Below are positions 13,545 through 27,239 of a DNA stretch of 64,000 nucleotides, piece by piece. Numbering within the stretch: position 1 is the first letter of the stretch; each line of letters opens with the position of its first letter. The notes under the pieces are model-generated. The model worked only from the letters and a program-made list of their open reading frames with translations. It did not search any database and was not told the DNA's origin. The translations under genes were made by a program, and so were the position numbers. Origin of the DNA: Octopus vulgaris (Eukaryota); contig OX597816.1 of the NCBI GenBank assembly GCA_951406725.2, positions 127,100,001 through 127,164,000 on the forward strand, given 5' to 3'.

Positions 13545-14338
13545 CATATGTATATTTATATAGATACATATATAAGCATATGAAAATATTTGCACACAGT
13601 CATAATTATTATCATGATAAAACATCTTCACCAACTCTAATCAATCAAAGTAATAAATATGCATGGATATGGAAATATAAACATGCATTTTCCATATTGA
13701 CGCCAAAGAATTCTCCTAACATAAAGAAGACAGCTTGTGTAGAACATATTTTACAATTCATAATGTAAATAGAGTAATCTTTCAGGACATTAAAATATAG
13801 ATGGCCATGATTCACTACTTTTGTTTTATGAGCTGATTAAGCATGTAGATTTTCTTGTGTACATGCCACTTCTCACAACATGAATTACTTTAAAATGAAA
13901 AAACAAAGCTTAATAAATGCAGAAGAATTTCTCTTGTTATAAATCTGATATTAGAATTCTGTCGTTTGAATTGTTTTTCTGTTTGCACAATGCAATAAAA
14001 TTCTTTCTAAATAATTCTAAAGACATAGGAAAGTTCAATGTTTTCTGTAGTTTCCTTTATATTTTACTAAATGGATATATTCTGGCGAAATGGGTTTTTT
14101 TCTAACTAAAATTTCAATGTCACCTTGTGAAGAGACTAAATGTACTGTTTTGTCATTGATACAATTTTTGTTGACATTTATTTGGAGCTTAAACAACCAG
14201 ATGAACTCAATACACATTTTTCATGCAGATACATATTACATTAGGTTGGGCTGACATGATGAGGTTCACTACACAAGAAGGAAGTCTTCAGTGACACTAT
14301 TACTATGGATTATGTGATTCATTGTTACATACAGTGAA

Positions 14339-14672
14339 GGTGCATGGCTCAGTGGTTAGTGCATCGAGCTTACGATCGTGAGGTTGTGAGTTTGAATCCC
14401 GGACCGGGCTGTGTGTTGTGTTCTTGAGCAATACACTTTATTTCACATTGATCCAGTTCACTCAGCTGTAGAAATGAGTTGTGATGTCACTGGTGCCAAG
14501 CTGTATCGGCCTTTTCCTTTCCCTTGGATAACATTGGTGGCATGGAGAGGGGAAGCTGGAATGCATGGGCGACTGCTGGTCTTCCATAAAAATAACCTTG
14601 CCCAGACTTGTGCCTCGAAGGGTAACTTTCTAGGTGCAATCCGATGGTCATTCGTGACTGAAGGGGGTCTCC
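14339..14672 (+). mobile_element. tRNA-derived SINE 'family C' (relatively young, CpG-rich)
   Basis: A-box TGGCTCAGTGG, B-box-like GTTTGAATCCC, then TTCTTGAGCAA..CACTT..CACTCAGCTG body. Confidence 0.8.
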
Positions 14673-17600
14673 GTTACATACAATCTTGCTGAGGATGAAC
14701 TTACGCAGTCAACGAGTCTTTCAACATTCATGTAACCTGCAACAAATAACAACCAAATTACCCTCAAATGACTTACACTATCGTCAGAAAATGAAAGACA
14801 TGCTGGTAAATATAATTCTAGTTGCACAAAATATTTTAATCCTACATCTGTATGATCTGGGCTGACACAGTGTTAAACACTAAATACTTCTACTTGTTCA
14901 AAGCATTTTTCACTTATGCTATTAATTTATCATAAGTATAGTGTACTAGTTATCAGTGTTGAAAGGTTTGTGGGTAATAAAGACCCAAACCTGTATATGA
15001 ACAGAGTATGTACCAAACTAATGTCTTATAAGCAAATTGCAAGATGAATTTAATGACCTAGAATTCTAAAAGTGCACAGCTGTATTTTGCAATACCATAT
15101 ATATATGATGTTGGCATCTAATATCCTAAAAACTGCACAATATCATTATTATTATCATAGGGTGGTGGATTAGCAAATTCATGAGGAGTTGGTTAAACTG
15201 CATTGTAGTGAACTTTGGCTCTTAGTATTATGAGTTTAAATCCAGCTGAAATCAACTTTGCTTTTCGTATTTCTGGGGTGATCAAAGAAATATTGGAGCC
15301 AGTTTAATTGATTAATCTTGCCCCAGCCATACCCAAAACTCTACTTATATAAATTGTCATCATCATCATCACCACCATCATAAGTGTGACATTGAAGAAT
15401 GTACTTATGTAGAGAAAAGTTATGATTCAACTTAGTTTGGTAACTTTTGGTTTACAGTTGAAATCTTACTAGATTTTAAATTTTGTTTCATTAATCGCAA
15501 GTAAATATATTTGGTGTTTTATTGAAATTAATTCGTCCACCTAAAATCCATTCCCAAAATATTTCTGGTCAAATTAAATAATCGTTTTTATTCTACTTGA
15601 TGATTCATTTTCTTTGTTATACAAACTATTGTAGAAATTTTTAGTTTTAAGATACTACAGCAAACAGACTCGGAACCTTATGCTTTCAACACTAATTTTA
15701 TTTAGAGTTTACCCTCAGTCTTTAATACACTTTTCATTTTTCCTAGCAACTTCAAATGCAGTTAACTTTTAAAAGTTGTAATTTTATTTCTAGTGATAGT
15801 TAATCTTAATCTAAACCAATGCTACAATAACATCTGTTTACTTTACTAGCCTCATTCTATTGATGTAGTTAGTTGCTCCTAAAGCATCCAGATTATTGAG
15901 GAAATGAAGTAGCATCGTATGGTCACACTGTTTCAAATTCTTTTCTCTAAATGTTGTATTCTGAGAATGTTACTATCTATCCAGAAATGTTCTTTAAATG
16001 TAAATTTACCTAAGTAATGAAACTTAGTGAATAGAGAAGGCTAAGATATTCAAAAGAATAAATAATTATTTTGATCATATCTGCAGTTAGATTACTGCTA
16101 ATTCAACATTAAGACTGGGCTCAAAGTTGCATACTTGATTATTTAAAAAACTTTTTACATTTTCATGCCATCTTCATGTTCATACTGAATGATACATTTA
16201 TATTAGTAACATGAACTTTAGAAACTATTTCTTTGAAATCTCCGACTTCATTATTTCCCAAGTAGTGAATGAAAAATAGTATTTTTTTAAAAATAATAAT
16301 TCTACCTTGATTATATATTTAACATACAAATTCATCAAATTATATTTTATAACTTCTTAATACATTTTCCATGTAAAAGTATTTTCTGTATATGTTCCTG
16401 GAGGCTAAATACTTTAAAAATAAAACTATGAATGATTCTTATGGTGTGCATATTACCTTCAAGACTTTCTTAAACTATAATTAAAAAAAAAATCTATGAT
16501 TGAAATTTTTAAATGAATATGTTAATAAAATAATTAGTAACTTATTCAAGTTTCTTTTCTCAAACTTGCACACATTTGAAAAATTTGAAGAAAGATATCA
16601 CAGACATAAGTTTAGAATTGGTTTGCAATTTACTCCAGGCAAGGGCTTGGATATTTCAGTTGCATTCTGTTTAGAGATATCTTATTTTTAATATTTAAAA
16701 ATAAAACTTGGAAACTGAAAATCTAAAAAGCTAAATGTTGCAAAACAATTTAAAAAGTTTCCTCTGTAGTAAATAAAGATAAAATTTTAAAACATTTGTG
16801 ACAAAGCAATCACTGAGTGAAGCCAACTGTTGATAATATTTGATATCTGAATGACTTCCTTCTGTTTAAAGTAGCCAAACGTACATTTCAAATTTAAAAA
16901 ATGGTTTATGCAATGTGAGTTTATTAGAAAACTATTTGAAGACTGATAACAGACCAAAGCATATACTGTAAAAATCTTAAAATTTATTTGATGAAAACGA
17001 ATTTGTATTCAATTTACTGAAACAAGTTTTCTTTCAAAGATGCTGATGTTTGTGAGCAATTTCAATTAGTTCAAAATATAGCATGAAACAATTCAGTCAC
17101 TGAACATTTAAAATGCTACTCTATCATAAACTAGGTCTGCAGCATGTCTGTGTTTTTACCATCTTATTGCTTACTATTATCAATATTATTGTTATATTTG
17201 CTATTTATGTTAGAAATAATATATCAAATACATTCTGTTTTAAATCACAATTAGCTGCATTTTGGAAAAGGGTTTAAATGAACTCAATGTTAAAAATGTT
17301 CTTTGTTAAGAATTATTTTCTAAGAATATCTTAACATTATTCACAGATCCTAGCATTAATGTTTCTTAGAATGTACCTGTATCTACCCATATGGATAATC
17401 TGATAATTTCTTGTCAGAAATGGTTGTATATAATTCTAATCATGTTAATTACTGATGGGATGGTAAAAATGTTCCTTTATTGCCACATTGTCTTATTTCA
17501 ACAGCTAGGTCAGTGTAATTCTGTAGCTCTTCAAGTTGCTTCTGTGCAACACGATAGCAATTTGTTATTGGTATATTAATAATTACTATGTAAATGTGGT

Positions 17601-20600
17601 TTTTGTCATTGCAAATGATGTACTATTTATAATATCTGGTGAAATCATAAAGTCCCATAGAATTTTAGCATTGTCATTTTCTTAGAAAAGGTGAGTGAGG
17701 TTTATATGAATGCTACAGAGCCTTTCCTTGAAGCAGGGGAAATTTGGTGGATATGTATATTCAAAGTTGCTTGATGTTATTGTACTTTCAAGTAAATTTT
17801 GTTGGAATTAGTGTGAGCAGCCTGAAATAAAATCTGTATTATCTCAAAAAAAGGCACCATACAGGTATCGTTTATTTTCCTTTCTATTCATTTTCGTCTC
17901 TTTTCTCTATGCTAGTATGGGTTAAACCAATATACTATTTAGGTACCTATTTTTACAGTCAAATGCCGTTCTTATGTCTCTACAAACTCTCTCTCTCTCC
18001 TTTTTATCTATTCATATCTACTTAGCTATCTCTCTTTCAAATAGATCCTTTCTCCCTCATGCAGTGACATGTATTTAATATAAATATTGATTTATTGAAA
18101 TTATCTTCTCTATTCTTTGTGTGTTACTAATCAATACTGAAAAGTTTTTGTTTTACTACTAAAAGAAAAACTTCAATTTCTTCAGAATTTTCTCCATATA
18201 TCATTCAGTATATCCATACATAACTGATTTTTCTGTATCTATGACATATTCTTATTTATGTTTTATTGAAATACATGGCAATGCATGGATGATTCAGAGG
18301 GATTAAAGATATGGAAGGAAATATTTTTGCCATAGTTAAGAAAATTTAATATAATTTCTGTCTAAATAATCTATTAGAGTGATACTCATGTAGAAAAGAA
18401 TGAATTGTCCTGTGGAATGATTAACTTTCGTTTAATATTTTTTAATGATTATAGAGAATTTTATTTTAATTGGTACAAAGTGATGAAAAAGTCAACTTAG
18501 CTGATTATTAACTATTAAAAATCTAAAAGTTTTGAATGGGACTTTTGAAATCTTGTCTTTGCTGAGGAGAAGCTCCGATCATAAACACTAGGAATTGAAA
18601 GTTACAGTAATATGTACCAACCTATAGGACATCCTCAAGGGTACATCTAAAATTACTGGAACTACACGAAGAAATGTATAATGATGCAACTTTGAAAGAC
18701 TGTGTAGGCCTTATTCAAATACTTACAACAATGCAAAATTCACTTAGTTACTCAAAAGTCAGATGATGGTGTTGAACCATGCTGTGCATTAGTCTTACCA
18801 GCTAAATTATTCTTTTATTTGAGTAATAGTTACAAGCTAAATACCAAAATTTAGATCCAAATTCTAATATTTAGACTTCTTGACTCAAATATACTCAATG
18901 GTACCTCAGGATGATGAATGTTAATTCTAGTAGGAATACAGAATTGCAATGCCCTGAACTTGATGTTTTACTTTTCTCAATTCAAATTTCACAATTTTTA
19001 ATATCTTTCAGATATTAATTTTTCAAATAATTCATTTTTATGAATTAATATTTTACTATAACCTTTTTGAATAAAGGAAACTTCAGATTAAATTTAGTGT
19101 GTTTCATGAAGTTCCAGTCCTTCAACACAGTTAAGGTATTTTCTCTGTTAAAACACACAAATATTGCCAATACTAGATTGAAAATTCAAGTTATTGATTA
19201 ATTTTAGTAATTCTAATGCAATTAGGCTTCACTTAACAAGTTAATTCTGAACAGATTAGCTCAGTTAAACTAATTTTCACTGGTCTTTTTCTTTGCATCT
19301 GAAATCCAGTCTCTTATCAAGTGAAACATATTCATATTAAATCAATTTAAACACATTGATGAAAATTATTTTAGAAATAATCTCATATTTTCTCATATCA
19401 AAATAAAATACAAATAAAATGAGATCAATTGGGAAACTGACCTTATATCAGTCATAGCATTTCATCAAAGATTAGCACTAAAATGTTCACCCAACTTTTA
19501 TAATTCTTAGTTCTAAATACAATTCAAAATTTTAGTAAAGTTCTGGATTTTTTGTTACTAATACAAGAAATGGAAACGATTGATATAATTTGAATGAAAG
19601 GATACATTTTCTCTTTCAATATTTTATTTATTTGCTGACTCAAAAAGATTAAAATGTTCTAAACCTGTTATGACTATTCTGGAGAGAAATGATAGGAATT
19701 TTGACTGAAATTAATATTACTTCAAATTTTGAATAAAAATAGTATTTCTTTAAAATTTTAAGATAAAATAATATTTTAAAATAGAATAATATTTCTTAAA
19801 AATAATCACTCATTAATATTAACTAAAGAAGTTACCTGTCCAAATTGTTTCTAAGTTACTAACATAAGGTTTTTTGTCATTTGATTTTCATGATTACTAT
19901 ATCTTCATCATCATTACAATTATGATCATACATGTTTTAATATATGATTATGGTTGTTGGCAGCAACTGAACTGTAACATCTCAGAAGAAATTATATATG
20001 ACTGAAGCCTGGCTTTGCTACTTCCTCATACAACCTCATATAACTTCCTCATGCTACTTCCTCTTACAACTGATGAGTAATAACATAGCTTAGTATTGTA
20101 TTTAAAAAGTGATTCTTGAAAATTTATTTATTGTTTGTTTTAGAAACAACATTTATGCCAGTTATAAAGCTTTAGTGTGGTGGTTATTCATATATTCTTT
20201 GTTGGCTTTTCACAACATGAAGTATGTTGTATGTGGAGTTAAATTGAGTTTTCAAGTATCTCATCATTTCACTTTGTTACATTTACAAATGTATACCCAA
20301 TAAATTAATGAAACAAAGTTCAGTGAACATACTGGCTAGACACATACTGTATATAATCTGCTGGCTAATATTATAGAACTTACATCACTGCATATAGTTA
20401 ATGTACATTACTTTATACTACTGGTTAAAGTTTGTACCTTTTGTCAAGCATGACATATGCCTTTTATGTAAGAAATGTGAAAGAGGAGGAGAGAGAACAA
20501 CTCATTAAGACAAGTAAAATAGACTCCCCTAGAGAGCTTAGTGGTTCTCTAGCCTAAGGTTGAATTTTCCTGTTTTTATAACTGTAAGTCAGCTTGTAAA

Positions 20601-20964
20601 ATCTTCAGTCAAACTGGCTGGCAGAAAAAGTTGTTACTTTGAAGTTTACTGTATAAAAAATAGTAAGTCAGCCAATGCTGATTGGTTAACCAATATTCAT
20701 AGACATAAACATCTTTTATGACAACACTTTTCCTTTTATGAAGATGAATTATTTCATGGTTCTAGATTAAGAAAATCAAAAAGCAATGGTTCAAATTTCA
20801 GACAGGGTCTTAATATAAAATAAAGAAACCTGAAATATTATGAATCATAATGAATGATTTTGAAATGTTATCCATTAATGCTTCCTATGTGCTTGGCAAA
20901 ATGTTTAGCTCAATGACCAGGTGTAAACCTATTAGTGTAAACCTATTAGTGTAAACTAAAAACA

Positions 20965-21019
<55 letters not shown>

Positions 21020-24000
21020 TTTAGCTCTTTGCCTCAGTAACCTTGTTTAGTGACAAAAGTTTTGTTAGCCCTTCCTTATGATATCAAATCTTCCATTAGT
21101 TGAAACTTTTAACAGAATCTTTTATGGCTTTGGAGGATAAAGACAATGGTCATGATCTAAACAGAGCTGCTGAAACTGCCACAAGATATGCAAATAAAAC
21201 TGCAACTTTAGATTTACTGTAGTAGCACTGTGCATGAAGGTATCAAGTAATCCTCAGAACAAGAGTCTGGTTTAAATGTCTGCAATATGTTCTACTAAAA
21301 GCTGCCTATGGTCAGGTAGTAGTATTAATAAGGTAACAGATCAAGACCACCTCTCAAGAACAAGTGCTATTCATCTGATAGGATTCAACATACTTTCTGC
21401 CTATGTATGTTCTTTCATATGGTTTTTTTTATATTCCATCTGAAGCTGTGGTAAAAGACACTTGTCTAAGGTAATATACAGTGAACTTAGTCTTGGAACA
21501 CATTACTATAAAGCAAATTTTGTTCAGATTAATATATCTCTCTGTTTAACATAATTATTGGAAGATGATGCTGTGTAATGCAATATCTTGCATGAAAAGC
21601 AGTAGAAAACTATAAAATAAGATAAAAGAAAGAAAACTTTCTCCTAACACTCACTATATAAAATATCATCCATCTATCAGTTAAGGCATTCAAAATAATA
21701 CAGCAGTGGTGCCCCAGCATGGCCACAGCCTTTGGGCTGAAACATTTTTAAGGATTTAAGGATTTATCACAAACAACATTAGTGTTCTATATTTTAATTT
21801 CTTTTGTGAATAACAATACTGCTTCAGCCCATTTAAATCAAATTGAATTTTTGCTTTTAATTTCAATTCTTTTCTCCCTTTGTCATTCTTTTCAAATTAT
21901 TTCAAAAAATGCCTCTAGTTTTAAAATAAGAAATGCACATTCTAAGATCTAACATATTAATTAGCCCAACAATAAAAACAACGGCTTCAAATAAACTACA
22001 GATTTAAAAACTGTAGCTTGATACAAACAAGTGCTTCAGACCTCTTATAACTGTATTTCTTGGTTACAGAACCAGTAAGTTATCCTGAAGTGTCCATCAG
22101 TTAATTCCATCTTAACCACAAATGAAAGAAACAATACAATTTTTCAATTACATGCCAGTCTAGTTCTGATTCTTAATATCTCTCTCACTTGCTTAAACAC
22201 AGCAAATTACTGCTATTTCTAGATCATGAGTTTCACTTTAAAAAGTACATTTTTCTTCTTTTTTTTATGCTTATATCTTGAATCACACTAGTCAGAGAAT
22301 GCCTTTATGCCTTTTTGCGATTAGGATATTAGTTCTGACTGTTCTGAACATATTTTTTCTTTAATAAGTGATGGAAAAATACTTTATGTAATTATTTTTT
22401 TAATTTCTTAGATTTTATTATTTTTCTTCTTTTGCTAAAATCAATAACACCAGCTGAAATTCATTGAAGTTTAAATTTCATGCTTTATGTTAAATATTGA
22501 TTATGAATTGGTGTCAGAACGCCATAAAAATAATTGTTCAATTTTGGATGATACAAATCATATTTTTCTATATCATTAGAAAGTTGATATCATGAAGAAA
22601 TTATTTTTATATAGTGCAAAATTATTTTCTTGTTGCAGAATATTTGGGAAAACTTTCTATAATTAATTAAAAATGATCGTGATATATTTTTATCAAGAGA
22701 CATTGTTTTACAAGATATTACTTACATTCTTTAATTATAATTCTAAATCAGTTTTATAATCTTAAGTTTCACTCTAATCCTTCTAGATGCATATATTTGT
22801 TGATAATTACACTTTGCATATTAGAACAAAATAATAATAATAAAATAACCTTTAAATTTAATATAACAATAAAGAAAATTACTTTTTATTTTAATTTTAG
22901 CACATTGATATTCTAATTCCACGACCTAAAGCAATCTATGGATCTAACTCCAGACAAAGCTAATTACATACCATTGCTATTTAAATGTCAAACAAACAAG
23001 ATTTTTAAAAAAATTCACTGGTTTCTATTCTTGCTAAAAGGTATCACTTATATCATTACCAATGAAAAAAATAATAGAAAGATTATAAAATGATACAACA
23101 AAAGCAGTTGAAATCAAAATATTGTACCCTTTAGTCTATTTTATTAATGATTATTTTGGTGAAGAGTCAGGTAAGCAAATTTGAATACTCAGATTCAGAC
23201 TGGATAATTAGTCTAGAACTCTGATATTTCGCCAAATTTAATTATGATATATGACAATACTAATATTTGAAGCGTATGTAAATAGTCAATTACATTAACC
23301 CTCATACATTATGATCAGTAGTTGACGTCCAAATTTTTTCATGTATTCTCCATTTTTCCTCAACTAATTTATCTTACCATGTTAATACTAATGATGATGA
23401 TTTCTCACATTGGTACAAAACAAGTAATTGTAAGGGAATGCTGTAATTGATTTGAATTCAGCTGACGGCTGGTATTTTATTGATATTCAATGGATAAGCA
23501 ATAAACTGGATTCTTGTTGGTTTTTAAATTTTGAATATAATGTGACATGATTAAATGCTGTCAGGCATTTTGTTTAACATCCTATCTACCTTTTTGACCA
23601 CTTCAATACTACAAGAAAGAAATAAAACAACAACAAAATTTTACATTAATTTTACTTATTTTGGATGTATTTTACTAAAAATGTAGACAATGTTTAAATT
23701 TACACAAAAAAAAAGAAAAAAGAAAAGCCTAATGATTTTGAAATTTACTGTTTCACTTTTATGTAAGTAAAATTATTCAAAAGATCGTCTCAGAGACTTG
23801 AAAATAAGTCATTAAATGGAGTGAATTAAGAAAATCAATCACTGTTTGAATATAAAGTTACAATTTTATTACCATTTCGAACAGCAATGTTGCACTTTTA
23901 CTATGAAATTTTGGAAAGATTTCAAAATGTCGATTTAGTCTCTTTGTCAGAAAAATAAAATTAAAAAAATATTTATAGATGAATATGCTTATGTATCTCT

Positions 24001-24419
24001 GTATATATCGGTCTACCAACCAAAAAACTAATGTCTAGTCTGGCTCTCCCCTCTCTTTCTTTCTTCTATCCTTTCTCTCCTCCACCTCTCTCCTTCTAGT
24101 TTAATTTATAACTGTGTGCATATATATGTTTATATATATAACGTCCAACCCTTTAGTTAGATAGTCATCATTTTTGTAGAGAACCAATCCACTTATGTCT
24201 GGTGTCAGAGAGTTTTGCACACGTAATCTTTTGTACATTTTATGCAATATGTTTAAAGTGTGCATTTCCCAATTATTATCCTTTGACTGAATAATACTGG
24301 TATATATCTATATTTATATGTATTGTGAGAATGTTGTGTACTGCACACATTTCAGCATTTTGCCAATTTTTTTTATTTTTGGTTTCATTCGTTTTTATTT
24401 TCCTGATGCTATTGGATAA

Positions 24420-24815
24420 ATTTTAGGACAATATCTTAGTATTCTTGCATTTCTTCTGGCTCTTTCAAATTCCGTTGAGGTCAATTTTGGCTTTCATTCT
24501 TTTGAAGGTCAATAAAATTAGTACCTGTTGAGCAATTGGATAGATGTAATTGACAAACCTCTGCTTCTTAAATGTGTTGACTTTGTGCCAAAATTTGAAA
24601 CCAAAGGTGGAAAGCTGGAAAAATTGTTAACATGTCTGACAAAAAGCTTAGTGGCATTTTTTCCAATTCTTTAGGTTTTAAGTTCAAATCCCACCAAGAT
24701 CAACTTTATCCATTACTCTTTCAGGATCAATAAAATACCAGTCAAGAACTGGAGTCAATGTAATTGACTAACTGCTTCACCCTAAAATTGTTGACCTTGT
24801 GTCAAAATTTGAAGC
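24420..24815 (+). mobile_element. Two tandem SINE family B copies
   Basis: Two units each ending in TTGTG(C/T)CAAAATTTGAA. Confidence 0.75.
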
Positions 24816-26178
24816 AATTATTATCTTCAAGTTCCAAAGCATAGATAGAGAAAAGGAAGAGACAGTTACAGGGAAGAAAAGACAAAATCAGCCTTTAAAA
24901 TAGTTCTTAAAAGTAGAACCTAGCTAAGAACAAGCTTTAATGGAATAAAGCCATTTTCGTTTTCTAAGATTTTCTCCCCTTTCTCTTGTATTTCATTTTT
25001 CTCTTTGTCTGTGCATGTTACTTGCTTTCCTTGGCTTCTGTGAAACTTGAAAAATGTCTTCTCATCAGAGAATTCACCTTGACTATCCCTCCATCAGGCT
25101 CCTTCTCATTAGGGAACTCAGCTCATCTATCCCCACTATTGGGTTCCTTAAAACCTGTCATAATGCATTCTCTTCACAACTAGTACTAAGTCATCAACGC
25201 CATTTTGAGATTACTTTCACAAATCTTTATTCCTATACATACATAATATACTTCCAACATCTCTCTCTTTCTCCATTGTTACTTTATATTGCCAACATCC
25301 CACTTTCTCCCTTTGTTACTTTAGACCCATATTCTCTGTATATAGATTCTCTATAAAACTTGTGCATGTGTGTTGGTGTTTCCATCCAAGTAAATATATT
25401 GGATGTATGTGTATATGTCAGGCCATTCCTATATGTAGTAGGTAACAGATAATTCAGTACAATCTGGTATATGTTAGTTAGTTAGTTAGTTAGTTAATTT
25501 GGCTCAAAAGCAAATAGCAAGGCCGATTGGGTTGATGACTAATCTGGCAGACACCAAGCTAGCATGGTGAGGAGGGCTGCTCACAATTCAGCAGGTCAAA
25601 TATAAAATTTGTCAAAATATTGATTAACCCACTACAGAGACAGTGGCTGTCCAGCAGTAACACTGGGAACTACAAAATGACAGAATGTGAGAAAGCATCC
25701 AGAAGGCCACTGTGAGTAATGCTTAGACATGTGCTCATTGGCCATGGCGAAGGTAGCCTTTCTTGGAGAAAGTCACTTTAAATAAAAGCTGTAGCAGCAG
25801 TCTTGATGAAAAAATTACAAATAGAAATCATAATCATGGATGTTTTTGAAAACTTAGAATCCTCGGTGCAACATTAATGATGTGCGTGTGTGTATACATA
25901 CACACACACACGAGTTCTCGGACTAATTATCTATATACATATAAAATTCACTGCATGTGTGTTTCCTTTATGCATGGCCAAACCACTGGATCAATCCATA
26001 CCAGATTTGGCATGAAGGTTTTTCATTACTCAGGGAAGGTTTTGCCCATATAGGGGGGATGCAGCTCCCCCCATAGACCTTGCAGTCTGTCTGTCTATCT
26101 ATCTATCTACCTATCCATCTGTCTGTCTACCTATCTATCAATCTATTTATCTCGCTCTCTCTCTATATATATATATAC

Positions 26179-26242
<64 letters not shown>

Positions 26243-26246
<4 letters not shown>

Positions 26247-26645
26247 GTAACAGAAAAGGAGGAATTTCGATTATAAGCTATTAAAAAAGGAAAATACATA
26301 CACTTTACATAGTTTTAATATCATTTTTAATATATCAACCGGTTTCACTTTCGCTATTCATGATATTACGGTTTACTTATTTGAATATGTATTTTCTTGA
26401 GAAGAAATTTTTGTCCATGTTGTGTGTGATGATATTTATGAGTGAATTACTTCACAAGTAGAAAAATAAGGAGAAGTAATTGGTTATCGTTATTATTGTT
26501 GTGGTGGTGGGCAAGGGAGGTAACCGTTCAGCTTTCGGCAAGGGGAGGGGAATATATATATGTGCACACAAAAAATTGGTTTTGAAAAACTTGTTTAGTG
26601 AGGGGATTTATGTACAGTGATGTAATCGTAAATTGAAATATGTAA
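26243..26645 (-). mobile_element. Solo Penelope 3' end/pLTR fragment between (TA)n runs
   Basis: Contains a hammerhead-like motif, and its AAGGGAGGTAAC motif resembles the 3' UTR of the PLE at 30168-32007. Confidence 0.55.
26332..26366 (-). ncRNA. Minimal hammerhead ribozyme, A3-U8 core variant
   Basis: AUAUC AUGAAUA GC-GAAA-GU GAAA CCGG U U GAUAU: 5-bp stem I, 2-bp stem II with GAAA loop, palindromic stem III, GUU site. Confidence 0.7.
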
Positions 26646-27239
26646 ATATATATTCATATATATATATACAGCTTGTGTATATATATATATCATCATCATC
26701 GTTTATCTATCTAGCTATCTATATATATATATATATATATATGGACGTGTAATTTTATTCAGTACAATATTTTATGATTTTAGTCATTAGTATTTGTACA
26801 TTTTCTATATTTACCATGTCAATTAAGTTTTTAAGAAATTAAAAGGTAAGTTCATGGATAAATAACAGTAATTGATTGTACATAATTTTCTGTTTTATTT
26901 TTTATATTCCATGAAACATAAGTTGTGACAGATGTTGTTGGTAAAACAATGCAATATTAATTACACAGTACATTGTTTGAGATTACAGGTTAAAATAGAA
27001 CAGAGTTCAGACAAGAATATCATTATTTAAATATAATCATAAAAACGATATATCTTAGTTTGCAGCCATCATGACCAGTTTGCATGAATATCATTCCGAG
27101 AATTTTCATTGTTATTTCTGTGCTTTACAGAGTCAATTGGATAAAATGTGTAGAAAATGTTGGTGTTCATAAAAAGTTTGTGTTGTAGCTTCAAATGTGT
27201 GTGAACATATTATAGCCAGATGCAAAGATAGAAAAAATA

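Noticed and set aside
14339-14412. tRNA-like sequence
   Set aside because: It is a SINE head continuing into a SINE body; no complete cloverleaf or terminator.
20069-20100. CUGAUGA followed by a weak stem (similar at 44338 and 63876)
   Set aside because: No properly placed GAAA, stem III or stem I.
20923-20957. Short direct repeats (14-bp unit; others at 51088 and 63366) as a possible CRISPR-like array
   Set aside because: Only 2-2.5 units, no spacer series, eukaryotic context.
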